A stretch of 64,000 nucleotides of DNA. It comes from a virus. The notes under the pieces were generated by a model. The model was given only the letters and a program-made list of their open reading frames with translations. It was not told where the DNA came from and made no database searches. The stretch lies in IMG/VR virus record IMGVR_UViG_3300040751_002535. One strand, given 5' to 3'. Positions 10,700-21,223 of the stretch are shown piece by piece (position 1 is the stretch's first letter; each line of letters starts with the position of its first letter). Made by a program: the position numbers and the translations under genes.

Positions 10700-12064
10700 A
10701 TGGCAAATAGATTTCCACTAGTAGTAGACACAAATGACGGTAACAGACTGAAAGAAATCCCTAGTGGCGACTCATTAGATTTTTCAAGTGTTGGCATTGC
10801 TAACCTAACTAGTCTAAGTGTAAGCGGATCACTAAGCGGTAGTACATTATCTACCACCGGAAACGTTTCCTTAGGCGGCACATTAAATGTAACCGGTGCT
10901 AGTACAATAACTACACTGTCAGCAACTACAATGACTGCAACTTCGCTAACACTCAATGGGAATCTTGTTGTTCCGCAAGTACAAAGTGATTGGACTGAAA
11001 CAGATACAAACAGTGCTGCATTTATTCTCAACAAACCAGATCTTCAAGCTATTGACAACCTAGACGATATCGGAGACGTTTTTGTTTCCGATGCTGTTTT
11101 AAATGATGTATTAAAATATGACGGAACAAGTTGGCAAGCATCGCCGGAAGCAGGCGGTATAGGATTTGCTGATTTTAGTGTTGTAACCAATCCAGCAAGC
11201 GGTCAAGGTAGTTTGATATATAATGCTGCTGGTGTGTTTACATTTACTCCTGCCGATGCACTAACTGCAGGTTCTAATATTAGTTTACTAACCAATGATA
11301 GTGAATTTACAACCATTGCTGAGATTAATACAAACAACTATTTACAACAAGGCGATGTTATTGGTAGCGGAAGAATTACAGCTACAGCAGCAAGTGGGCA
11401 AGTTACACTTACATTTGATGCAACAGGTTTGTTAACAATTGAAACTGACACACTTGCAACTGTTACAGGCAGAGGTGCAACCACTACAACGGCGCTCGAA
11501 GCAGATGCATTTAATCAAGCACCTACAAGTACAAGCACCAACACACTAAAAGATGTAAGCATAGAAACACTTGATATTTTAACAAGTATTACAAGTACAG
11601 CAGCCAACTTTAGTACAGGCGGCAGTATAAGTGCAACCACAGGCACCGTTACTGGAAATACAGTAACAGCTTCAAGTACATTAAATACACCACTGATTGC
11701 AGGAGTTGGATCTATAACGAATACTGCTACAATTTCGGTAAACCCAGGAACAAACAATGCTCTTAAGATCGAAAGCGGGAGGCTAGAACTACTAGCAACC
11801 TCGTTACCACCGGCTTCGCCAGTAGCAGGACAAATTTTCTATGATGGCAGTGCATTCTACGGATATGTAGGCGACAACGGCAGCGGAAGTGCTGGCGCTG
11901 TAATGTTTCCAGCGTTTTACTCAATACTTGGATTACAACTTCCTGCATTTGAAAATGCTGATTTGCCAAGCGCAGCAGATGGATCCAATGAAGGAATGAT
12001 AGCATGGGATTTAACAAATAGTAGTGTTGTAGTATTTAATGGAACAAGTTGGTCAAACGTATAA
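10700..12064 (+). CDS. tail fibre-like structural protein
   Basis: Thr/Ser/Gly rich; VQSDW...FILNKP and DVLKYDGTSW fibre motifs. Confidence 0.7.
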   Translation: MANRFPLVVDTNDGNRLKEIPSGDSLDFSSVGIANLTSLSVSGSLSGSTLSTTGNVSLGGTLNVTGASTITTLSATTMTATSLTLNGNLVVPQVQSDWTETDTNSAAFILNKPDLQAIDNLDDIGDVFVSDAVLNDVLKYDGTSWQASPEAGGIGFADFSVVTNPASGQGSLIYNAAGVFTFTPADALTAGSNISLLTNDSEFTTIAEINTNNYLQQGDVIGSGRITATAASGQVTLTFDATGLLTIETDTLATVTGRGATTTTALEADAFNQAPTSTSTNTLKDVSIETLDILTSITSTAANFSTGGSISATTGTVTGNTVTASSTLNTPLIAGVGSITNTATISVNPGTNNALKIESGRLELLATSLPPASPVAGQIFYDGSAFYGYVGDNGSGSAGAVMFPAFYSILGLQLPAFENADLPSAADGSNEGMIAWDLTNSSVVVFNGTSWSNV

Positions 12065-12076
12065 TACTAGTTTCTG

Positions 12077-12083
12077 ATAAATA
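12077..12083 (+). promoter_or_regulatory. late promoter (ATAAATA)
   Basis: intergenic, followed by AGGAG RBS. Confidence 0.65.
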
Positions 12084-12102
12084 TGTATAACAGGAGACTA
12101 AC

Positions 12103-12804
12103 ATGGCAATTCAAGATATTAATGTAGGATTACTTGCTAACGACGGCACAGGCGATGATTTACGAGAAGCATTTATTAAGGTAAATCAAAACTTTGACGA
12201 GCTAGATTTAAAAGTATCAGCCGTCACAGAAATCTCAGCAGAAAATATTGGCGATGCCGGTTACGGAATATTTGCACAAGAAGTTTCAAATACGTTCCAG
12301 TTTAGAAAACTATTAGTCGATCCATTATATTCAGATACAATGAGTATACGTATTAGTGATGACGGCAACAATGTTTATCTAGCTAGTGCAACTGGGTATA
12401 CTAGAATAACTGACGGAACTACAAGTGCTGTTGTATCTCCAACGACTTTTATTACAATCAATGGTACTGGTGCTGCACAAGCAACAGTAGCAGGCGGCGT
12501 TGCTCCTAGTATAACAATAGATAGTTTGCTTTCGAGAGAAACAACTCCAACACTTAATGCAACACTAAATGCTAATAGTAATCCTATTACTAACATTACT
12601 TCTCTTAATGATATTACTATGGCAGAACTCGAACAAGCGTTTGAATGGGACTTTGGAGACCTAACAAGAAATAGAACTAGCATCATTGATTTTATTTTGA
12701 AATCAGTAGATGTTGACTTTGGTACATCTCAAGATGTATTCTCTCCTGCAGATGGCACTGCTGATTTTGGAAATAGTAACGCAACATTCGATGAAGCTTT
12801 GTAA
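12103..12804 (+). CDS. baseplate protein, gp9/gp10-like N-terminus
   Basis: INVGLLANDGTGDDLREAFIKVNQNFDEL. Confidence 0.75.
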   Translation: MAIQDINVGLLANDGTGDDLREAFIKVNQNFDELDLKVSAVTEISAENIGDAGYGIFAQEVSNTFQFRKLLVDPLYSDTMSIRISDDGNNVYLASATGYTRITDGTTSAVVSPTTFITINGTGAAQATVAGGVAPSITIDSLLSRETTPTLNATLNANSNPITNITSLNDITMAELEQAFEWDFGDLTRNRTSIIDFILKSVDVDFGTSQDVFSPADGTADFGNSNATFDEAL

Positions 12805-12814
12805 GGGGATATAA

Positions 12815-15800
12815 ATGGCACTACCAAGCTGGACTAAAATATCAGGATCAGAACTTGCAAGTATACAAGAAAGAACTGATGTTAGCATTGCATTACCGCT
12901 AGAAGAAACAAGTGGTATAACAGTTACGCTGATATCTGGTGCATTGCCAACTGGACTTCGTATTAATGATTATCGTATAAAAGGTGTTGCAGTCGAAGTT
13001 AGTAAAACCACTGAGTTTGAGTTTGTTTTGAGAGCAAGTAATATTGAAGGAATAGCTGACAGAACTTACAAAATCGTAGTTGAAGGAGCCGATGCTCCTG
13101 TGTGGCAAACACCCGAAGGTGAACTAGGATTAACTAGAAGTTTCAGAAATCAATACTGGGTCGATACTCTTAATACCGAGTGGGGAATATATGAATCAAA
13201 TGCTGGTAGCAGTTGGTTGGCTGTTGATGTTGATGTGTACGAAACTATTCCGAGTAGAGAAACAGGTAATAGTGGCGACTATGCTTATGTAAGCAGTTTA
13301 AAACAGTTTTGGTATAAAGTCGATACACGCTGGTATAGAATAAACACAACACAAATACAAGGCATACTTGGTAATGATAAAACACTTGCTATTTCAAGTA
13401 CTGTGCCTAATCCTAACATAGATGATTTTTGGTTCAACACCAATAAAAGCAACGACGGATTAAATCTAGTATTAAGATATTGGGACGAAGTTGCAATGGT
13501 ATGGAAGCCACTAGATTATGTTGTAAGTAAAACACCTCCAATATCACCGTTTGAAGATCAGATATGGGTTCACATTTTTGATGATACATTTGACTTTCAA
13601 ATAAAAGTTTATAATGACAGCGAAAATATTTGGGAACTGGTTGATGCTACTTATAGTACAACTCCTCCAGATAGACTTAATATTGCTTACTTTATTTTAG
13701 ACAGCAGCATAGTTGACTTTCAGTTAGAAGCAATAGATAGAGATTTAACAACTGGACAAAGTCTAAGATATTTTATTGCAGATGAAGACGGAGAGTTGCC
13801 TCCAGGTCTGAAACTTACAGAGGATGGAAAAATATCAGGTATTGTTGATCCATTATTATCTTTGGATGTGGATGACGCAGCAGGGTATGACACCGGCGAG
13901 TACGATACTGTACCATTGGACTTGGTTGTATTGGACGACGATGGCTACGATAGTTATTTTTATGACACTACATTTTATGGATTTAGTACACCAACAAGAC
14001 GTCCAACAAAACTAAATCGCAAGTATACCTTTTCTGTAACAGTCGAAGATGATACTAGTTTTAGCAAACGTGAGTTTAGTATTTTTGTTGTAGGAGATGA
14101 CTTCTTGCGTTCAGACAATACTATTATGAAAGCTGCTACAGGATTATTTACAGCAGACAACACATATCTACGCAAACCAGTATGGCTAACATCTGGAAAT
14201 CTTGGAGTCAAGAGAGCAGAAAACTATGTTACCATCTTCTTGGATGTATACGATCCAAACTCCTTACTAGGTCAAATAAGCTACAATCAACAACCATTTA
14301 ATGACGATGGCACTCCAAGTGTGCTGCCTCCAGGGTTAGTACTCGATGGAATCACAGGAGAACTAGCAGGAACAATACCATATCAACCAGCTGTTAATAG
14401 AGAATACAAGTTTACTGTCGAAGCATTGAGACAAGAAGTAGATAGCGATGATGTAGTAGAAATAAATATCGGTGTATATGAAGATACACTCACCGGCACA
14501 TCTCAAATAAAAATAAACAAACTTCCTATTAATAGAGACGACGGTGTCGACGATCTATTAAGTCTCATTGAGCAAGACATAGTTATTGATAATCTAAGTT
14601 ACACTGTAAGAAGTGTTAACAATGAAAATTCTGAATACGACTTATTAAATCTTAGTAGACCTTTGGAGCCAACATACAAAGCTAAACGTATTAAAACTGC
14701 ATATAATAATGCCATTGGGCAGGATTATATATACATACTTGATGACGGCGATAATAGAGTAGATGCTTGGAAAAATAAAACACTAAAATATAGTGCATCT
14801 GAAGCATATACTTTAGTAGATAATGATAAACAAAACATTCTTGGAACAACTATTACACGCAAATGGCATACTATGGTAAGATACACTATCGATGCTGGTG
14901 ATAGTTCGGGAAACTTAGATTTAAACTACGGTGTTGCTAATATAGTTGATACGGGCGATTATGTAGCAGATTTTGAAACTTGGCTAGCAGGCAAAGGTAT
15001 TGATACTACATACTTGTACAAAAGAGTAAGCTCAACACCTACACAACTAATATTTGATATCCCACGTAACTCTATTGTTGAAAATACTATTATGAATCAA
15101 AACCTGTTTCATACCGATGACAGTGTGTATGGAAACTTGGAAATAACTCGTGGGCAACAGTTCTTTAAAGTATTTTTAGATAACACACTGCAACGTGCAT
15201 TTAATCTATCAAATACGTTAGACGAACAATCAGGTCCGCAGATTACATTAGGAGTGTTTAAAGATACACTGATTACTAAAAAAATCGGTGTAACAAATGT
15301 TGATACTATAAGCACTATAAAAACATTCACTGTAAATATATTAGGAGAAGTTGATAGTACAGTAGCATGGATAACCAAGCCAGACTTGGGTACTATTCCT
15401 GCTAATAGAACAAGTTACTTACAACTAGTGGCTAATACTACGTTGGCAGGTAGTAATTTAAGATATGATTTAGTTGGAGGAAAGTTGCCCAACGGATTAA
15501 CACTAAAACGTGATGGCGAAATAGTTGGAAAGCCCAATCAGTATACAACTGGAACAACATTAGGGTTGACCACCATTGATACTAGAACAACAACATTCGA
15601 TAATAGCACTACAACCATTGATAGAAAATATGTATTCAAAGTTCTAGTACGTGATTTGTTTGGTTATAGTAATAGTATACAAGAGTTTACACTAAATGTT
15701 ACAGATACAGATGATAAAGTATATTCAAATGTGTTTATCAAGCCATACTTAAAACCATCACAGCGTACAGTTTTTAACAACTTTATCAACGATTACACAA

Positions 15801-16738
15801 TATTTACACCTGAAAGTATATATCGTCCCTACGATGAAAACTTTGGTCTTAAGAAAGACTTAACAACGTTGGTATATGCAGGCGTCGAATCTAAAAAGTT
15901 AGCTAACTTTGTTGCTAGTACAGCATTAAATCATAAACGCAAACGTTTTGTATTTGGAAACTTAAAAAGCGCAGTTGCTAAAAAAGAAGGAACAAATGAA
16001 GTTTTATATGAAGTTGTGTATGTCGAAATAACAGACCCACAACAGCCAACCAAAGGTAATACAGCAGTATCAATAACATCGCCTACTGCAAACGATTTAA
16101 AAATAAATCAAGTTAAACTTGAAGTTAAAGATGATCAAAGTTCAGCAGAGGTTGGACTTGATACGTTTCGTATAACAATGCGTGAAGGTGATCCAGTAAG
16201 AATAGCTGCTAGTAGTGGTAGTATTTCTATTACGACACGAAGTGGTGAAGTTGATGTTCCAGCACTTGGACAACTTGAAATAGTTTTAAACTCAGGACTA
16301 GTGGTTGTTGTTAGAAGCAGTTCAACCACATCAACATCAAGTGGAGACCCATTTAGATTTAGGCCAAAAACAAATGTACTAACAGTTGACAATGTTGGTG
16401 TAAAAACAAGTCAAACTCAAAATGTAAAAAGATTTATTAGTAACATAGGAAATATGAGAAAACGTATTGCTGATATTGGTGCAAATGATAGACAGTTTTT
16501 ACCTTTATGGATGAGAAGCAGTCAAACAACTACTGGACAAGAGCTTGATTATATAACAGCAATGCCTATATGTTATTGCAAACCAGGAACAAGTGCAAGT
16601 ATTATTGAGAATATTCAAAATGCAAACTTTGATTTTAGTCAGCTAGATTATGACATAGATAGATATATAGTTGATAGAACAGAAAATAACGAAAACCAAC
16701 AGTTCATTCTGTTTAATGATTACAAACTAAATGTATAA
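12815..16738 (+). CDS. virion structural protein with putative Ig-like repeats (baseplate wedge-like)
   Basis: repeated GxLPxGLxL...G.I.G motifs. Confidence 0.75.
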   Translation: MALPSWTKISGSELASIQERTDVSIALPLEETSGITVTLISGALPTGLRINDYRIKGVAVEVSKTTEFEFVLRASNIEGIADRTYKIVVEGADAPVWQTPEGELGLTRSFRNQYWVDTLNTEWGIYESNAGSSWLAVDVDVYETIPSRETGNSGDYAYVSSLKQFWYKVDTRWYRINTTQIQGILGNDKTLAISSTVPNPNIDDFWFNTNKSNDGLNLVLRYWDEVAMVWKPLDYVVSKTPPISPFEDQIWVHIFDDTFDFQIKVYNDSENIWELVDATYSTTPPDRLNIAYFILDSSIVDFQLEAIDRDLTTGQSLRYFIADEDGELPPGLKLTEDGKISGIVDPLLSLDVDDAAGYDTGEYDTVPLDLVVLDDDGYDSYFYDTTFYGFSTPTRRPTKLNRKYTFSVTVEDDTSFSKREFSIFVVGDDFLRSDNTIMKAATGLFTADNTYLRKPVWLTSGNLGVKRAENYVTIFLDVYDPNSLLGQISYNQQPFNDDGTPSVLPPGLVLDGITGELAGTIPYQPAVNREYKFTVEALRQEVDSDDVVEINIGVYEDTLTGTSQIKINKLPINRDDGVDDLLSLIEQDIVIDNLSYTVRSVNNENSEYDLLNLSRPLEPTYKAKRIKTAYNNAIGQDYIYILDDGDNRVDAWKNKTLKYSASEAYTLVDNDKQNILGTTITRKWHTMVRYTIDAGDSSGNLDLNYGVANIVDTGDYVADFETWLAGKGIDTTYLYKRVSSTPTQLIFDIPRNSIVENTIMNQNLFHTDDSVYGNLEITRGQQFFKVFLDNTLQRAFNLSNTLDEQSGPQITLGVFKDTLITKKIGVTNVDTISTIKTFTVNILGEVDSTVAWITKPDLGTIPANRTSYLQLVANTTLAGSNLRYDLVGGKLPNGLTLKRDGEIVGKPNQYTTGTTLGLTTIDTRTTTFDNSTTTIDRKYVFKVLVRDLFGYSNSIQEFTLNVTDTDDKVYSNVFIKPYLKPSQRTVFNNFINDYTIFTPESIYRPYDENFGLKKDLTTLVYAGVESKKLANFVASTALNHKRKRFVFGNLKSAVAKKEGTNEVLYEVVYVEITDPQQPTKGNTAVSITSPTANDLKINQVKLEVKDDQSSAEVGLDTFRITMREGDPVRIAASSGSISITTRSGEVDVPALGQLEIVLNSGLVVVVRSSSTTSTSSGDPFRFRPKTNVLTVDNVGVKTSQTQNVKRFISNIGNMRKRIADIGANDRQFLPLWMRSSQTTTGQELDYITAMPICYCKPGTSASIIENIQNANFDFSQLDYDIDRYIVDRTENNENQQFILFNDYKLNV

Positions 16739-16741
16739 ATA
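16734..16741 (+). promoter_or_regulatory. late promoter TATAAATA
   Basis: exact T4 late consensus before a structural gene. Confidence 0.7.
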
Positions 16742-16763
16742 CTGTTGCTAGAGAGGAAATAAC

Positions 16764-17354
16764 ATGGCAAGTAATATTGTACCCGATACAATCGACGATA
16801 CATATCCAGTCGCTGGACAGGATAATAATAGTCAAGGATTTAGAGATAACTTCAACATTATAAAAACAAACTTCACGAGTGCAAAAAGTGAAATTGAAAC
16901 CTTGCAGAATAACACTGCTAAAACAAATGCAGACAACGTATTTTTTGAAAACACTCTTTCTAGATATACCAAGCTACAAGAAACTACAACACACGTTGGT
17001 CCTACTAATGTCAGTAGTGCTACACCATTGAGTTTTGATGCTGGACATTTTTATACCATAGTAGCTTCAAACGATGTTACATTAACACTTGAAGATTGGC
17101 CTACAAATAATGAATATGCCGAAATGTTAATACAAGTGTATGGCGATGGCGCTGTTAATAGAACAGTAACTTTTGCATCAACTTATAGTGCAGGTGCAAG
17201 TCAAATGAGAGTTGACGGAAGCACTGAGTTTGGTGGTGGTGCAGCTATTACAACAAATACAGTATTAACTCGTAGTCATCTTGTCAAGGCATTTACATAT
17301 GACAATGGAACAAATGTTTTCCTACAATATTTAGGAACATTTGCAAACGTATGA
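16764..17354 (+). CDS. virion structural protein
   Basis: YPVAGQDNNSQGFRDNF N-terminus, coiled coil, beta-rich C-terminus. Confidence 0.65.
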   Translation: MASNIVPDTIDDTYPVAGQDNNSQGFRDNFNIIKTNFTSAKSEIETLQNNTAKTNADNVFFENTLSRYTKLQETTTHVGPTNVSSATPLSFDAGHFYTIVASNDVTLTLEDWPTNNEYAEMLIQVYGDGAVNRTVTFASTYSAGASQMRVDGSTEFGGGAAITTNTVLTRSHLVKAFTYDNGTNVFLQYLGTFANV

Positions 17355-17587
17355 TACATCCTCATCAGCCTGATTTAAGTGAGTTTACAGAAACACAACT
17401 TGAAGAAAAGTTACTCAAGTTGAATCATATGTATTTCATAACCGATAATCCTGATGTAAGACAGCAGATGATTTTGTTAATAGATGGCTACAAACTTGAA
17501 ATAGAAGCTCGTAGAGCAGCAGCTAGAAGAAAACAAATTGAAGATCAAGAAGATAATTCACTTGACGATTTAATAAATGTAAGTTAA
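17351..17587 (+). CDS. hypothetical protein
   Basis: 78 aa, ATGA coupled to upstream gene. Confidence 0.65.
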   Translation: MIHPHQPDLSEFTETQLEEKLLKLNHMYFITDNPDVRQQMILLIDGYKLEIEARRAAARRKQIEDQEDNSLDDLINVS

Positions 17588-17590
17588 ACT
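17562..17590 (+). promoter_or_regulatory. sigma70-type promoter
   Basis: TTGACG-N17-TAAACT, ATG 6 nt downstream. Confidence 0.6.
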
Positions 17591-17596
17591 TACTGT

Positions 17597-18118
17597 ATGC
17601 TAATGAAAACAGACACTCTCGGTATCCCACGGTTTACAAACAAAGACTTAATCGATATGATCTATAGTGGTCATGCGGATAAAATGCATGTGGTATTGTG
17701 CGATGCTAACGACGATGTAGACAAGTTCAATGTCGCCATGGAAGAGCAAGGCTTTGATAAACTACAAAAGTATATCCCCTTAGATGTAGACCAAAAGACT
17801 TTTGACGGTGCGTTACAGAGTGAATGGTTTATGCCAGATGAATATAAAGAACTCAGTGTGTCTGCACATGTTTTAGATCGTTGTACAACTGATGCACAGC
17901 GACAGCGAGTAGAAGAAGAACTTACAGCGTTCAATGAACGAGGACTAGTTCCTTTACTACAATATATGATCTATCTTGTAGACTTTATGCGTGAGAATGA
18001 TATTGTATGGGGTGTAGGACGTGGATCGAGTGTAGCAAGTTATGTACTGTATTTGATTGGTGTGCATCGTATTGACAGTATTAAATACGATTTAGACTGG
18101 CGTGAATTCTTACGATGA
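17597..18118 (+). CDS. DNA polymerase III alpha (DnaE) fragment, stand-alone
   Basis: RVEEEL...GVGRGSSVASYVLYLIGVHRIDSIKYDLDWREFLR resembles the DnaE GPGRGS...FERFLN region. Confidence 0.85.
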   Translation: MLMKTDTLGIPRFTNKDLIDMIYSGHADKMHVVLCDANDDVDKFNVAMEEQGFDKLQKYIPLDVDQKTFDGALQSEWFMPDEYKELSVSAHVLDRCTTDAQRQRVEEELTAFNERGLVPLLQYMIYLVDFMRENDIVWGVGRGSSVASYVLYLIGVHRIDSIKYDLDWREFLR

Positions 18119-19992
18119 ATATTTACTTGGTTCAAGCAAGTGATAATCATGGACCAAATAAGTTTTTACCACTTGCAATAGGGTATCAATGGTGCTATGG
18201 TAAAAACGATAACTGGACTCTTAAAGACGTTCTTATAGAAAAAATTAATCCTATAGATTATGTAGCAACTATGCAACAACCTAAACTAGTTGCAATGAGT
18301 AGTTATGTATGGAACTGGGAATACAACAGAGAACTTGCCATACAAATCAAACGTAAGTTTAGACAATGCAAGATTATTACAGGCGGCCCGCAAATAAACA
18401 AGTACGATCCTGATTTCTTTGACAAGCATCCTATGTTTGATGCGTTTGTACACGGCGAGGGCGAAGAAGCATTTAAGCGCATACTTGCAGGTGATGACTG
18501 GAAAGATATTCCCAACGTACAAACATTGTATCATATGCCAGAGCCAGCAGTGCGTAGGAAAAACATAAATGATATACCTTCGCCTATACTAGAAGGCTTT
18601 TATGAACCTATTATGGCAAAGTATCCTGAGGACACCATGTTTCAAGTTACTTGGGAAAGTTTGCGGGGCTGCCCATACCATTGCAGCTTTTGTGATATAG
18701 GGGAAAGTTACTGGAATAAACTTACACTGTTTGATATGGAACGTTGTAAAGCAGAAATAGAATGGATGGGTAAAAACCGTATTGAATATGTTAGCGTGTG
18801 CGATAGCAACTGGGGCATGTTGGATAGAGATTATGAACTAACACAACACGTATTAGAAACAAAGAAAAAATACGGATACCCCAAATGGTGGGATGCAACT
18901 TGGAGTAAAAATAATCACGATAAAAACTATGCGATAGCAAAATATGCACACGATAGTGGCGTTGATATTTTCAAAGGTATTACAGTAGCATTACAAAGTT
19001 TTAACGATGATACATTAGAACATGTAGATAGATTTAATTTGGACTTTGACGAACTTAAAAAATATTTTGATCAGTATAAAAAAGATGGTATTAAAACTTA
19101 TAGCGAACTTATATGGCCATTGCCTGGAGAAACATTCGATAGTTTAAAGTCTGGTATACAGCAACTTATAGATGCAGGACAAGACAACTATCTCATGATA
19201 CACCCATTAGTTGTTACTGACAACTCTCCAATGGGTAACAAAACATATCAAGAGCAGCATGGTTTAGATGTGCGTAAGATAGCATTAGACACTGTGTATT
19301 TAGATGCAGATGAAAAATATATTACGGAATACACTGATGTAATATACGCTACAGACACAGCAGACCACGATACAGTTATCGAAGGGCACATGTATAGTTG
19401 GTTAGTAATATTAATGTATTACTATGGTTGGGGACATTATCTTGCTAAGTACATGCGTAAGCAAAATATTTTAGAAACTGACCTGTATTATAAACTATTT
19501 GAATGGATCAAACACAATCCGGGATTATTACATGACGAATACATAGAAACTAAAAAAAGTTTTGAAGATGTATATGCAAAACGTGCATTGTGGGGTAGAC
19601 AAGCATTTGGTGGAGACGATATGCTTTGGGAATACAAAGGCGCAAGTAGTGCAAGGATAAGTAAAGCAGTATATAGACTAGAAACAGATTTATATAACTT
19701 TTTATTAAGTACAAAACTAATATCGGAATGGAAAGTACGTGATATTGTTGCTCTCAATCTTAGAATGTGCAGAGAAAAAGATATGGAATATCCTATTACT
19801 GTAACTGTTTTAAAAGAAGTTGCACGTGATATGGTAGGTATTGATGCAGATCGTATACATATCGATCATTTTGATAAAACAACACCAACAAACGATTGGC
19901 ACAGAAAAGCATATCATTATCAAAGAAAAATAGGATACTGGAAATGCAATGCATCAAAAAGTAAAAAACCACTTGACATATGTCATAAGTAG
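18115..19992 (+). CDS. B12-binding radical SAM protein
   Basis: N-terminal cobalamin-binding region (SSYVWN, ITGGPQ, HGEGE) plus RGCPYHCSFC. Confidence 0.88.
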   Translation: MNIYLVQASDNHGPNKFLPLAIGYQWCYGKNDNWTLKDVLIEKINPIDYVATMQQPKLVAMSSYVWNWEYNRELAIQIKRKFRQCKIITGGPQINKYDPDFFDKHPMFDAFVHGEGEEAFKRILAGDDWKDIPNVQTLYHMPEPAVRRKNINDIPSPILEGFYEPIMAKYPEDTMFQVTWESLRGCPYHCSFCDIGESYWNKLTLFDMERCKAEIEWMGKNRIEYVSVCDSNWGMLDRDYELTQHVLETKKKYGYPKWWDATWSKNNHDKNYAIAKYAHDSGVDIFKGITVALQSFNDDTLEHVDRFNLDFDELKKYFDQYKKDGIKTYSELIWPLPGETFDSLKSGIQQLIDAGQDNYLMIHPLVVTDNSPMGNKTYQEQHGLDVRKIALDTVYLDADEKYITEYTDVIYATDTADHDTVIEGHMYSWLVILMYYYGWGHYLAKYMRKQNILETDLYYKLFEWIKHNPGLLHDEYIETKKSFEDVYAKRALWGRQAFGGDDMLWEYKGASSARISKAVYRLETDLYNFLLSTKLISEWKVRDIVALNLRMCREKDMEYPITVTVLKEVARDMVGIDADRIHIDHFDKTTPTNDWHRKAYHYQRKIGYWKCNASKSKKPLDICHK

Positions 19993-20001
19993 TTATAGTA
20001 T
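19973..20001 (+). promoter_or_regulatory. sigma70-type promoter with nested late-type ATAAGTA
   Basis: TTGACA-N17-TAGTAT. Confidence 0.6.
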
Positions 20002-20022
20002 AATAATTGGAGATATTAAAAC

Positions 20023-20439
20023 ATGGGAACTAGACAAAAAGGTCGTAAAACATACAGAAGTATGCAAGGTAGAGTTGTAGACTTAGATATGTTGATTAAA
20101 AGAAATGAACTTACTCCTGCCGTCGGCAATGCTAGAGTAAATGCTAGAGGCGACGAGCTAGGACCAGGTGGAAAAATTATCCGTAAACGAGAAGAAGTTG
20201 TAAAGGATTATTATAGTACAGGAAGTGAACCTGTACAACATGAAAAAAGTGCAGCTCAAACTGAAGAGCTAACACAAGCAGAACAAGAAGAGTTGATGGC
20301 GTTTGATGAAGAAGTTGTTCCCGCAAAACCAAAAGCATCGCCTCCTAAATCAACTCCAACTCCTAAACCCATAACAGCCCAGACTCAAGATGAATGGGTT
20401 GAAGACGAAGATGGCAATTTTATAAAAAAAGGTGATTAA
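20023..20439 (+). CDS. hypothetical phage protein
   Basis: GGAG RBS; AVGNARVNARGDELGPGGKII. Confidence 0.75.
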   Translation: MGTRQKGRKTYRSMQGRVVDLDMLIKRNELTPAVGNARVNARGDELGPGGKIIRKREEVVKDYYSTGSEPVQHEKSAAQTEELTQAEQEELMAFDEEVVPAKPKASPPKSTPTPKPITAQTQDEWVEDEDGNFIKKGD

Positions 20440-20846
20440 TGGCATTAAACATGAATACAATAAAAGGTACTCTAACTCCTATTAATGATAGAGTAATTGT
20501 AAGCAATATGTACTTTGGAGAGCAAACTCTTAAAAGTGGACTTATTATTAGTGATGATAACGGATCAACTCGTGGTATCTATCCACGCTGGGGACAGGTA
20601 CATGCAAAAGGTCCTAAAAATGATTCAGCATATCAGATTGGAGATTGGGTATTGATTGAACACGGACGCTGGACTCGAAGTGTAAAGATTGATGAAGGTA
20701 CAGGCGAGCTAGAGCTACGTATGGTAGATGCAGATTGTATATTAGCATTTAGTAATGAAAAACCCACTGGTGTACAGTTTGGTAAAGAATACAACGATGG
20801 TGATCATGCAACGATTAGTCCAGAATCATTTGGAGCCGGCGCATAA
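20439..20846 (+). CDS. groES: co-chaperonin GroES-like protein
   Basis: LTPINDRVIV, KSGLII, GQVHAKGP, IGDWVL. Confidence 0.8.
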   Translation: MALNMNTIKGTLTPINDRVIVSNMYFGEQTLKSGLIISDDNGSTRGIYPRWGQVHAKGPKNDSAYQIGDWVLIEHGRWTRSVKIDEGTGELELRMVDADCILAFSNEKPTGVQFGKEYNDGDHATISPESFGAGA

Positions 20847-21202
20847 TGACAAACCCATTTAAAGATATTGACACGTTTGCAACAGCGTGTGACCAACCGC
20901 CTAGTGAAGCAAACTACAAAATGTACCTCAGTCTCATTGACGAAGAATACGATGAACTGTTAGATGCTGTAGTAGCACAAGATCGTGTAGAACAGCTTGA
21001 TGCACTAGTAGATATTCTTGTTGTAACTATGGGCGCTATTCGTGCAGCTGGCTGGGACGGCGAAGCGGCTTGGAAAGAAGTAATGGACACGAACTTTGCA
21101 AAGATTGATCCAACTACAGGCAAAGTACGCAAACGTGAAGATGGTAAAGTACTCAAGCCAGAAGGCTGGAAAGCACCTGAACTAGCACAGTTTGTAGGCT
21201 AA
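20846..21202 (+). CDS. MazG-like NTP pyrophosphohydrolase
   Basis: LIDEEYDEL, LDALVDILVV, NFAK, REDGKVLKPEGW. Confidence 0.85.
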   Translation: MTNPFKDIDTFATACDQPPSEANYKMYLSLIDEEYDELLDAVVAQDRVEQLDALVDILVVTMGAIRAAGWDGEAAWKEVMDTNFAKIDPTTGKVRKREDGKVLKPEGWKAPELAQFVG

Positions 21203-21223
21203 ATACTACAAAGGAGAACTGCT

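Noticed and set aside
3272-12064. Diversity-generating retroelement or invertible tail-fibre switch
   Set aside because: No reverse transcriptase, recombinase or template/variable repeat pair seen in this window.
3272-16738. Many minus-strand and alternate-frame ORFs within structural genes
   Set aside because: Shadow ORFs from Thr/Gly/Ala codon bias, with no RBS or recognisable motifs.
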